Part shown: positions 37,865-48,100 of the stretch, piece after piece
Position numbering within the stretch: position 1 is the stretch's first letter
Layout: the number at the start of each line of letters is the position of its first letter
Virus record (IMG/VR): IMGVR_UViG_2903352716_000007
Coordinates: 19,591-83,590 of that record
Reading direction: 5' to 3' (one strand)
Origin: a virus
Taxonomy: Duplodnaviria; Caudoviricetes
DNA length: 64,000 nt
Made by a program: the position numbers and the translations under genes
Notes under the pieces: model-generated
Told to the model about the DNA's origin: nothing
Databases searched by the model: none
Seen by the model: only the letters and a program-made list of their open reading frames with translations

Positions 37865-38788
37865 TTACCGAAAGCCTTTTGGTTTTTTGCTGTAATCCAC
37901 GTTTGCGTAGCTTGAACGGAACATAACGTCTTCTCGCTGGTGGGTGGAGCTTTTAAAGACATCCATCAGCTTGATGAACATGTGTTTGTAGCGCTTCTCG
38001 TTGGCGCTGAGTGCTGACAGTCGTTCCTGGTAGTTGCGTTCTGCGGTGTTGAGCTGGCCCTGTATCCGGGTCTGGTTAATTTGTTCATCCCACTGCGTCA
38101 ACGTTTTGCCCTGCGGCACTTCCGAGTTATCCACAGAATTAGTATCACCCGTCCCAATATTTATCTTTTCTTTCTGACTTTTAGAAGGGGGTAATATCTT
38201 GTTTTGTAGCGCATTCTGCGCCCCCTCTCCGGGTATCGTTTTGCGCCCCCCTGATTTGGTGAAAAGCACGGATGACGCGGCTTTCAAGGCGAAGGCCATT
38301 ACCTTTTGTTTCACTCTGCTGACAGTCTTCCGAAACAGGGAGATCGCCAGACAAAACAACATGGCCCCGCGTGTCAGTGTGCGCCTTGCTGTTTCAAGGC
38401 CAATTTTATCTTTGGGAATTTCAGACGTGAAAATAGCACGACCTGCAGCGCCGGATGTGAAGCGATCCAGTGTGGCGACAGAGACTTCTGCATCGAGGGC
38501 GAGCGTTTTACGGCTGGCATAGCAAACCCCTGTGTGTGATGGGTTCACTTTGTTGGCAATGCTGGCGGCAATCAGTTTTCCGGTGCGGCTGATAAGCGTG
38601 GCAGGGAGGCATAAAAAGGCGTGGCTGAGTTTGTACCCGGTGGGATAGCTTTTCTGAACCTCATTCCAAAGCGCGTTGTTGTCCATGCTGCGGTAGTGCT
38701 CAAAATCAGGTAGGTCGGCGCTGATCACATAGCCCTGCATATCAGTCCGTGGTTCCTTTGCGTTATCCATTTTTCTGTCTTTTTCCAT
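37865..38788 (-). CDS. repL: Lytic replication initiator RepL-like
   Basis: wHTH region GYKLSHAF...SRKTLALDAEVSVATLDR and C-terminal KGFR resemble recalled P1 RepL. Confidence 0.65.
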   Translation of the reverse strand: MEKDRKMDNAKEPRTDMQGYVISADLPDFEHYRSMDNNALWNEVQKSYPTGYKLSHAFLCLPATLISRTGKLIAASIANKVNPSHTGVCYASRKTLALDAEVSVATLDRFTSGAAGRAIFTSEIPKDKIGLETARRTLTRGAMLFCLAISLFRKTVSRVKQKVMAFALKAASSVLFTKSGGRKTIPGEGAQNALQNKILPPSKSQKEKINIGTGDTNSVDNSEVPQGKTLTQWDEQINQTRIQGQLNTAERNYQERLSALSANEKRYKHMFIKLMDVFKSSTHQREDVMFRSSYANVDYSKKPKGFR

Positions 38789-38916
38789 CGTTATATTGAT
38801 TCAGAAACCCTTCAGACGCGGGGCTTCCTGTCACTGAGTAACATTTGGTCAAAGATGATCGTGAGTGAGCAAAAAAAACACTTGAGTGCCGGGATCGGCG
38901 CTAGTAAACTGGACGC

Positions 38917-39126
38917 GAGTCTAGTTACCAGACAACAAAAGGCCTTCGCTCAGTAAAGAACGTTTCATCTTTGTTGGCGGGGGAAAGCGGTTAGGGTTAA
39001 TTCATATTTACCTCCTTATTGCCTCCTTGTTTGTTCCCTTTTTTGTTGGTCTTGGTTGCTGACTTATCACATAGAATTTCAGGGGTTTAACCCCCGGCAA
39101 GAACCACCTGGCAGGGTGGTTTTTTG
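38917..39126 (+). ncRNA. Candidate antisense RNA (~210 nt) over the repL leader
   Basis: TTGAGT(38882)-17 bp-TAAACT(38905); no ATG ORF; terminator AACCACC-TGGCAG-GGTGGTT-TTTT at 39102-39125; carries two CCTCCTT motifs. Confidence 0.6.
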
Positions 39127-39207
39127 CTTTCTGCGGGTAATATCCCCCACGCATTTACAAAAAGCACGATCTTTTTAACCATGAAGATCCGGATCGTCTG
39201 GAAATGG

Positions 39208-39236
39208 ATACTATTCTGATCTCCTGTTTTTGACAA
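39208..39236 (-). promoter_or_regulatory. Sigma70 promoter for the repL leader transcript
   Basis: Minus-strand TTGTCA-17 bp-TAGTAT, downstream of the pro terminator (39295-39316). Confidence 0.6.
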
Positions 39237-39335
39237 TGCTGTATTTATTTACACCTTAGTATTTATGTTATCTTTTGGTGGAAAAAGGGTATAAAAAACC
39301 GCCAGTTAAGGCGGTTGGGTTGAGACGGCAGGTGT

Positions 39336-40349
39336 TTATCGTTTAGGGCGCAACCAGAAAACGTCCTCATCACTGGCGGTCGTGACTTGTTTCCCCGGAT
39401 CGCGTTGGCGTGGCGGGGTATCGCCTAAAGGCAGACCGGATGATACATGCCCTGCAGCCGACTCCAGCATCGCAGACAGTACCTGAATGTCTTCCTCCGT
39501 TTCCATTCGGATCAGTGCCTGACGTTGCTCCTTGCTGATAAACACCGGCAGGTTGTTCAGCGTATCCCGCATAATGCGACGACGGGCTTTCGCCAGTTCA
39601 CCATTGCTTTCCAGCATGGCGTTTTGCTCATTAACCCGCGATTGCGCCTCTTCTAACCGGCCCCGTAATGCCCACACCTGGCTTTCAAGATGGCTGGTAT
39701 GATCCACGGCCTCAAACATCGCCTGGTCTTTCTGCAGGGTTTCAAAGTGATGACAAATGTCGATAGCGGCATTTGGGCTGAAGCCTGACTCAATCAGGGA
39801 TGCAATCATGATATCCGTGCGCGTATCGGCGGATTCCAGCATCAATGACTTTTTGTCCAGACTGATAAAGTTAGGTGTGGTCACGTAGTCGAAGCCATAG
39901 AACCCGGTGACAATCGAACGAACGGAACTGTCGTCGCCGCTGGTGGCCCAGCTCCAGCCGCCAGCCTTTGATGCCTCCATACCGCTGACGATCTGGCCTG
40001 GCTCAGTGTCCAGAATTTCCTGGGTGTGCGTGACTACCCCATCATCGTCTACGGATACCGAAAGGGTACGGTTTGAGGGGACATTCGTCAGGGTTACGGG
40101 CTTGCCTTCCACGACGGCTACGGATACTTCAGGCAGAGTAAGTTTGCCCGTTTTGGCGTAGTGCATAGCGCGGCGCCCGTGACCGTAATAGCCGTACATT
40201 TCACCGAGCGCGATACATTCCTGCACCGATGGGTTGCTGAAGGTGGCGCGAACGGACTTGAGAATGTAATTGCGCTCATTCTGTGGCGTGTGGCGGCGAA
40301 TAGTGTCCACCAGAGAAAAGCGATCAGTAACTGTTTTAAGTGATTTCAA
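39336..40349 (-). CDS. pro: Prohead protease/head-processing protein
   Basis: MYGYYGHGRR, GGWSWATSG, GFDYVTTPNF; follows the portal as in P1. Confidence 0.8.
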   Translation of the reverse strand: MKSLKTVTDRFSLVDTIRRHTPQNERNYILKSVRATFSNPSVQECIALGEMYGYYGHGRRAMHYAKTGKLTLPEVSVAVVEGKPVTLTNVPSNRTLSVSVDDDGVVTHTQEILDTEPGQIVSGMEASKAGGWSWATSGDDSSVRSIVTGFYGFDYVTTPNFISLDKKSLMLESADTRTDIMIASLIESGFSPNAAIDICHHFETLQKDQAMFEAVDHTSHLESQVWALRGRLEEAQSRVNEQNAMLESNGELAKARRRIMRDTLNNLPVFISKEQRQALIRMETEEDIQVLSAMLESAAGHVSSGLPLGDTPPRQRDPGKQVTTASDEDVFWLRPKR

Positions 40350-40364
40350 AATGTGCTCCGTGTA

Positions 40365-42053
40365 TTACTGTTGGGTCATAACGAATTTGGCGAAATTAAG
40401 CAGTTGCTCCCGGCTCCATGTCTCCGGGTTGCTGTCGTCGCCTTTTCCTGGAGTGGATTCGTACATCATGTCGTCGTGTTCAGAGGGGTCTTGAGTGGCG
40501 CTAAACTCCTTGATCATGGACTGCAGTGTTTGGTCATCCATCTTGAGTTGGTCGCAGAACAGGTAACGCATAAACGTCTCGCTACCCGCCAGTTTCGGGC
40601 TTTGCTGGATCTGGTCGAGAATTTGCGTGATGACGGCGATGAAGTTGGCGCGGGAATCCTGATCGCGGGCTTCTTCCTGCATCAGCGCGGTATTGATGGA
40701 ATTAAACTGTACGGTGTACGGTCGCTGGTTCGGCAGGTAGGCTTTGCCGTGTTTGTACGCCAGGTGAATATCTGCGATTCGGTAAATCGCATCACTACCG
40801 GCCTGTCGCAACCATTGCGCGCGGATCGCCGCCTGTATAGCAGTTTGCGCCCAGCCTCCTTCCCCCAGTCCTCCGGACATTTGGTCTGCCCATCCGAGCA
40901 TCGTCGAATCAATGCCCAGGCTTGAACACAACTGGCGCAGGTGAAACATCACGTCTTCAATTCCGTTGATATCCGCCGGAATGTACTGGGTATCAATCGT
41001 GACGTTGTTCTTCCCGTCACCCATTACCGGGATCAGGTGGTTTAGCACCGTTGGCATTGTGTTGGCTTGCAGCGAACGCCGTGACATAGCATCGCTGTTG
41101 CGCTTCAGTGACTGGCTTACCGTGCGCGTGTAGTTGGCGGCGTTTACCGGATCGAGGGTGCCGGTCGTCAGGGCGATCAGGCGGTCAATTTTGGCGGCGT
41201 TATAGCGGGTGGCTTTCAGGGCATTCAGGGCGCCGCAAAGGTTCATAAACGGTTCATATGAGTTCTCCAGAAAGCTGGTGCCGTAATTCTGCGTTTCGGC
41301 GAGGGTGTGCTGGGCTTGTTCGGTTAATAGCGAATAGCCGCGCGTACCCGTTGTGACCGGAATGATATTCCCCGATGGTGTCCAGAAAGGGTTTTTCATC
41401 GCCACGATTTCCCACGGATTAGCCAGCATTCGTTGCATCGTGTCCGGGGCTAGAAGGTAATCACCGGCGAACCCCGCCAGTGTGCCGCCTTTGTTGAACT
41501 CCTGAATGAAGTACGGGAGGGTGTAATAGGATGACTCAATATTGATGATGCCGCGCCCTGGCTCACCGTAGGGACGCATATAACCCACGCCAAAAATTGC
41601 CATGAGCAATCCCCATGACGGCAAACCGGTGTTAATCATTTCCCCCAGGTCGTCCATTAGCTCGTTGCAGCGCGCTACGGTTTCTTTGTCGCCGGGATCT
41701 TTTGCCGCAATGGTAAAGGCCAGCCCGGTACGTTTGCTGGGGGATAGCGCTTGCGCGATATGGATATTCAGCGCCTGTGAGACGGTTGCGCTTTTCGACA
41801 TTTCTTCCAGCACGGTATACCGGGACAGTCTGTCCAGCGGCAGCTCAAGATTAATGCCTATGTGATCCGCTTGTGTGGTCAGTTCTCCGGGGGCGTCCTG
41901 CCGGTTGCCCGTCATAAATGACAGTCCAGATCGCGAAACAACGTTGTGACCACTACTGATGGGGAGTTGTGCCAGTGGCGTACTCGGCGCACTGGAGAAC
42001 AGTTTTTTCAGGGCAGCGAGTGGCCCGGAGTTCGTCGATTTTCTGTTAGCCAT
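40365..42053 (-). CDS. prt: Portal protein
   Basis: 562 aa; divergent from darB and followed by pro, as in P1. Confidence 0.8.
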   Translation of the reverse strand: MANRKSTNSGPLAALKKLFSSAPSTPLAQLPISSGHNVVSRSGLSFMTGNRQDAPGELTTQADHIGINLELPLDRLSRYTVLEEMSKSATVSQALNIHIAQALSPSKRTGLAFTIAAKDPGDKETVARCNELMDDLGEMINTGLPSWGLLMAIFGVGYMRPYGEPGRGIINIESSYYTLPYFIQEFNKGGTLAGFAGDYLLAPDTMQRMLANPWEIVAMKNPFWTPSGNIIPVTTGTRGYSLLTEQAQHTLAETQNYGTSFLENSYEPFMNLCGALNALKATRYNAAKIDRLIALTTGTLDPVNAANYTRTVSQSLKRNSDAMSRRSLQANTMPTVLNHLIPVMGDGKNNVTIDTQYIPADINGIEDVMFHLRQLCSSLGIDSTMLGWADQMSGGLGEGGWAQTAIQAAIRAQWLRQAGSDAIYRIADIHLAYKHGKAYLPNQRPYTVQFNSINTALMQEEARDQDSRANFIAVITQILDQIQQSPKLAGSETFMRYLFCDQLKMDDQTLQSMIKEFSATQDPSEHDDMMYESTPGKGDDSNPETWSREQLLNFAKFVMTQQ

Positions 42054-42073
42054 GTTTTGACCAGTACCCTTAT

Positions 42074-42122
42074 TAAATACAGACCGCTTAGATTTGCTGG
42101 GATTTTATTGGGTCTATGTTTT
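42074..42122. promoter_or_regulatory. Face-to-face late promoters for darB (+) and prt-pro (-)
   Basis: Plus TAAATACAGAC-cgct-TAGATT (42074-42094); minus AAAACATAGAC-ccaa-TAAAAT (42122-42102). Confidence 0.7.
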
Positions 42123-42141
42123 ACGGGCATAAGGTTAAAAA

Positions 42142-45100
42142 ATGGCAAATCAGCTTTCAGAAGCAATAAATGGGGCATCAACGTTAAGTGAGTTGATAGC
42201 CGTCATACTCCGGGCGCGTAAAGTTCGAAGCGTGGCGCGATTCGGTATTGAGAAGGAAAGCGGCGTCAGTATTCAGCGAGCACGGCGACAAGCGAACAAT
42301 GACGCTATGCGCCTGTTGAACGAACTCCCGCAAAACTTCAACGGCAACAACCTGAGCGACGAACAGCGCGCGATTCTGGCTGGCTATACGGGGGAGGGTG
42401 GCCTTTCTGATGGCGGAAGCCAGTACGAATATTACACCCCGCCATTTATGGCAGAAGGTGTGTGGGATCTTCTTGCCGACTATGGCGTTACGTCCGGTCA
42501 CGTGCTGGAGCCGTCGGCGGGGACCGGGATTTTTCAGGAGACGAAACCCGCCGGTGCGATCATGACGGCTGCAGAAATCTCCCTGGTGTCCGGTCGTATT
42601 AACCAGCTACTTCACCCCGAAGACAGTGTGAATATTGGCGCGTTCGAAAGCCTGGCAGTTAACGTGCCTGATGATACCTACGACCACGCGGTCGGGAACG
42701 TCCCGTTTGGCGAAAGCCGCACCGGGTACGCTGAACTCGATCCGGCCTACAAAAACGAAACGAACGTCGGGCATTACTTCATCCTGCGAACCATCGACAA
42801 GGTTAAGCCGGGAGGCCTGATTGTGCTGGTGGTCCCGAACGGCATGACAGACGGCGGCGGAACGAATAAGAAGCTGCGTGACCGCGTATCCCGCAAGGCG
42901 GAGTTTTTGGGCGCCCATCGTATGCCGTCCGGCACCTTTGCCGAGAGTGGTACATCAACGGTGGTCGATGTTTGGGTATTACGCAAACACACGAAAGCAC
43001 TGGCGACGATCGTCAACGATGCCACCGACAAGACGCTCACCGGCGCGAATGTGCTGTGGCCTGTTTTCATCAAGGGCAAGTGGTTCCTCACTCCGGAAGG
43101 AAAGCGGTTTGTTCACGGCGAAACTGAGCGCTCATCTTTCAACAACATACTCACGGTCAAGAAGGATGGCCAACTCACCAACGCCGCAATGAAACAGGCG
43201 CTGTCCCGTCGTTTTGACAGTCGAATTGACTGGTCCATGCTCACCATTGAACAGGATGCTTATCAGGGCGCGGTCGAAGGCGACAAGCGGCTGGTGGGGG
43301 ATATCTGGCATGTATTCGACGGCGAAAAATGGATACGCGACACAACCACTAACCACACGGCAATTGATCCCGCCAGATTCGGTGCTGCAACGTTTGGTGA
43401 TCTGCAGACGAAATGCCGCTCACTGCAGGGGCTGCTGTCACTGACTGCCAGCGAAATTAAAGCCGTCCTCGATGTTTACCCGTCACTGCTTACCGACCGG
43501 CAAAAGGGTGTCGTTTCCTTTGCGCTGAAGCAGAAGGCCAGCCAGCGTGAACGTGTTATGCGTGGTGGTCTGATCGGCCTGACGATTAACGATGCGCAGG
43601 ACATGATCGCCCAGGGGTATGACGCCGGTTCCGTGCTGGTGGACGCGGCGCGCCTCACCGCCGAAGAGGTCGCCCGAAGTGGTTCGCCTAACGGTCTGCG
43701 GTTAACGGGGTTGTCTGACAGCAAAGCGAAGGCCTGGCTCACCTTTCAGGCGAACGTTACCCGGGAAGGCCAGCTATCGGATTTGCTGACCGGAAATATG
43801 AATGATAGCGAACTGAAAACACTGGATACCGCCAATCCGGAGCAGGTCGTTAGCCATTTGTTCAGCCAGATTGACCTGATCCCCGTCACCCTGGAGCAAT
43901 TCAGGGAAGTATGCACCGCCAAACTGCCAGAAAGTGATGATGCGTTACTGGCCTACCTTGCCGGGTTCCCCGAAATTGCGCTCGACGGCTACGGAAATAT
44001 GCTGCCAATGTCCCGCGCCACCAGCGGGAACGTGCGCGGCAAAATAAACCATCTGGCTGGGCTGGTGAATGAGTACCCGGACGGGCCAGAAAAGCAAAAC
44101 TTTGTCCGTCAGATGGAGCTTATTAATACCCGTCGTGTTGCCGCCCCGATTGACAAAATCAAGGTGAACCTTAACGCCCGTTGGCTTGACCGCCGTCTGA
44201 TTAAGGAGTTTCTCGCCGAACAGGGTTATGACGCGTTCCGGTACACGAAGGATCTGGAAGTCGAGGACGGCTATCTGATCTCTGAGGATGATTACGACGG
44301 CAAGGACGGTGTTTTTACCGGGTATCAGCTACGAACGGTCAACGGCAAAGGTGGTGTTGCTGAATTTAAGAAGGCCAATAACAGCGATGGCTTCCTGAAC
44401 CAGTTGGAGAACTACCTTAACGGCGTTAAACCGCGTGGGCCCAAAGCAAGTGACTACCTGGCGCGCATCGCCAGTCTGGAAGGCAGTTTCAATGACTGGC
44501 TGAAATCGCACCCTGATGTTGACGGGGTTGTGAATGATTACAACGACGCGTTCAACAACTACATCCCGTTTGAACACTCCAGCGAATCGTTAAGCCTGGA
44601 AGGGCTATCCGGTAAGCGCATCCCGTTAAGCTATCAAAACTCAGAGGTTCGCCGCCTTTCCGAAGACGGACGCGGGATCATGGGTTTTGGTACTGGCCTG
44701 GGTAAAACCACAACCGCGCTGGCGCTGGAAGCCTTCAACTACCAACACGGACGCTCAAAACGTACTGCCATCGTCGTACCCAAAGCGGTTTACCACAACT
44801 GGTATCACGAAGCGCGGGACTTCTACAGTGATGAGGTCTTTGCGCAAATGCTGTTTGTCGGCATTGATGAGGTCATGGGTGAAGACGGGACGGTCCAGAA
44901 ATCACAGGTTCGTAACGAGAACAACGAGCCGATGATGGATGCCTCCGGCAGTCCGGTTATGCGTAACGTCATCAAGGACGCTGACAGCACCACGATTCTG
45001 GAACGCATGAACCGCATTCCGGCGTCAAACTTCCGCAGTGTGATTATGACCAAAGAGCAGTATGGCATGATCCCGTTACGCGAAGAAACCATAGATGAGA

Positions 45101-48100
45101 ACTCGGCACAGGCGCTTTATAACGCTATCGACATGGGGCGAACCGACCTTCTGAAAGGTAGTCACCGCGCGGAGCTGGCGAAAAACAAAATCAAAGACAA
45201 GGCCGCTGACACCGGCACCGCCAAGAAGCAACAGGTTCCGTATTTTGAGGACATGAACTTTGACAACGTGATCGCGGATGAGGGCCACAACTACCGCAAC
45301 TCACTGGCTGCAGGTCGCGAAACCGCTCAACTGGCTTATTTGCCGAACCCGTCTGTCTCACAAATTGCCCGTGATATGGCTGTAAAAAGCGCCTACCTGA
45401 TGAAGAAATTCAATGGTCGCGGCGTCACCCTGCTAACGGCTACCCCACTGGTAAACAGTCCTCTCGATGCCTTCAACATGCTTTCCCACGTTGTGCCGGT
45501 TGAAGAGTGGAAAGCGATGGGGATCTTGACCCCTGATGACTTTGTGCGAGTGTTTGGCGAAACCGCCAATGTGGTAGTCCAGAAGATATCCGGCGAGGTG
45601 GTGGATAAGCAGGGGCTGGTTGGCTTTAAGAACCTAGACGGCTTGCGCGGTATTTTCCATCGCTGGACGACGCTCAAAACCGCTAAGGACGTGAAAGAAA
45701 GCGTCAAAATCCCCGACCTGAACGAAATCAACGTAGACGTGCCGCTGACAACCGAACAGGTGGAAATCTACGAGGAATTGCGCCAGCGCGCGGCGAAAAT
45801 CGGGCAAAAAGAAGTCGTTGAGCCTAATGGAGACGGCACTGTCTCTGTCACGTCGAACAAGAATGATGACTTCATTTTCTCGGTGATCCGAGACATGGAC
45901 AAGCTGGTCATTGATCCGGATTTATACCGTTCGTCCATGACGTTCATCTTCCCGGAAGACCAGCGTGAAAAAGTGATGGCTATAGCTGCCGGTCTTCCGG
46001 CTGCGGCTGGTGGAGTAGAGTCTGATGACGATGAGACTGATACCGGGTTAGTGAGTACGCGAGCCAGTAAGGTCGTCGAAACCAAAGTTAATACCCGTGG
46101 GGATGCCGTAGAGCTGGTGGTTAGCGTGGAGCTGGAAGCCGCCGTACTCGATGCTATCGCGAAAGCCGGTATCGACATGAAGACGGTCACACACCCGATA
46201 CCGCCAAAATATGCCGCGCTGATTGCCAACCTGAAAGCCGGAATGGTGAACGGTAAGCAAATCATCTTCATGGATGAGAAAAGCCAGCACGGTAAGCTAC
46301 GGCGCATTCTGTCCAACGCGCTGGGGCTGGATGAGAGTCAGATCGGGATAATCAACGCCACCAGCGTACAGCAAGCCACCGGCGTAAAACTGAAAAAGGT
46401 CAAATGCCCGGTAGAACCGACGGAAAAGGCCGACGGCAGTTACAAAGATGGGGCATGGGAGAAGTATTACAGCGAGCTGGCGAAATACGAGGACTATGTT
46501 TCCGCGCTGAATGATATGTCCCTCTCCGGCATGGAAGGGATCGCCGCTGACTACAACGAAGGCCGTACCCCGATCGTCATCTGTAACAAGAAAGCCGAAG
46601 TGGGGATTAACCTTCACAAAGGCACCACGGATATTCATCACCTGACGTTACCGTGGACCCCTGCCAGCATTAACCAGCGAAATGGACGCGGCGCCCGTGT
46701 CGGTTCGTCACAGGATAGCGTGAACGTCCATTACTACTGCGGCAAAGGCTCATTCGATGAGTTCCGTTTGAGTACGCTGAAGCGTAAGGGCGACTGGATC
46801 AGCGAAATCATGACGTCAGACGCATCCACACTGAAAAACGGTGACATGGATGAAAACGAAGACATTCAGCTATTGCTGGCGGCAAACCAGGACGAACGCA
46901 AAGCCCGTCTTGAGGCGCAACTATCCGCGCGCCGCGAGGCCGAACGCCGTAAAGCCGAAAAAGATGCGGAAGTGGCACTCGACGTTTATCTGCGGTCATC
47001 CATTGCAGCAAACGAAGATCCGGCAGACCTGGAGCGCAACCTCAACGCCCTGACTGAGCAGGTCAAAGTCCAGGAGGCAACCGTAGAAGACGCGCGCACC
47101 AGCGTTACGCAGGAAGAATCTGACTATAACGAGTGGGCAGAGAAGCACGGCAAGAGAAGCGCTGATGTCTATCACGGCTCATCGCGTCGTAACGCCCGTA
47201 CCATGTTGAAATACCAGATTGAGAAACTGAGTGAGCTGAAAGGCCAGGCTAAAACAGCCCGTAACACGCTGACGCGCAATAAAAACGCCTCCACGATGTT
47301 AAAACGTTCTAAAGGTGATCTGGAGCGTGGCATCGCCGCCGGTGTGATCGACATTGACCCGGATGTGCTGCTGAATCCGTCGAGCTATATGAAAACGCAT
47401 GACGGTCGGGTAATTAAAAGCGGCGGTTACTACACCATCAAAACGGACACCCCGCAGCAGGTCGTTGTGTGTATCACTCGCCTGTTACCGGAAAAACAAG
47501 CGGTTGAAGCGGAGATCACTTATACCTCCGTGTACCTGTATTCCGACTACCGCATGGGGGCGAAAAAAGAGCTGACAGTGGCTGATCTCGACACCCAGCT
47601 TGACGTTACGCCGGATACGGCAGAAGCCCGTCGCCGAGCTGCAGAAGGGCTAACCCCTCTCCGGGTTGCCAGCATCCTGACCCGCGCCCAGTTCTACGAC
47701 GCCGTGACTGAGAAGGTTTTCCGCGTGAGCGGTGATTACTGGATGGCAAACATAGACGGGAAGCTTGAGCTGGTTTATCCCGTGCGTGGTGCGATACCAG
47801 ATGATATCCCGCCAACCTCTCTGGTGTATCCGGACAGTAGCGACGAAGGCCTGAAACGTGATCTGTTTGCGTATAGCCGTAGCGGGGGAAGTATGTACTC
47901 TGCGCGAATGTTCATGAGTGCTGTGTTTGGCGAGAACTATGACGCCGAGCTGGAAGCCTATGGCGAACAAGGGACCGTTGAAGATGTGTTGCCGGTGCTC
48001 AATGAGTCGGTTGCTAAGGCAGAGGCCGAATTTAACGAATCCCTGACCGGGGCATCGGATAGCGACATTCGCGCTCAGTTTAACGGCAACTATGAGGCGA

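Noticed and set aside
39239-39254. Near-SOS box CTGT-ATTTATTT-ACAC beside the repL leader promoter
   Set aside because: Mismatch in the invariant CAG half-site usually abolishes LexA binding; testable by EMSA but not claimed
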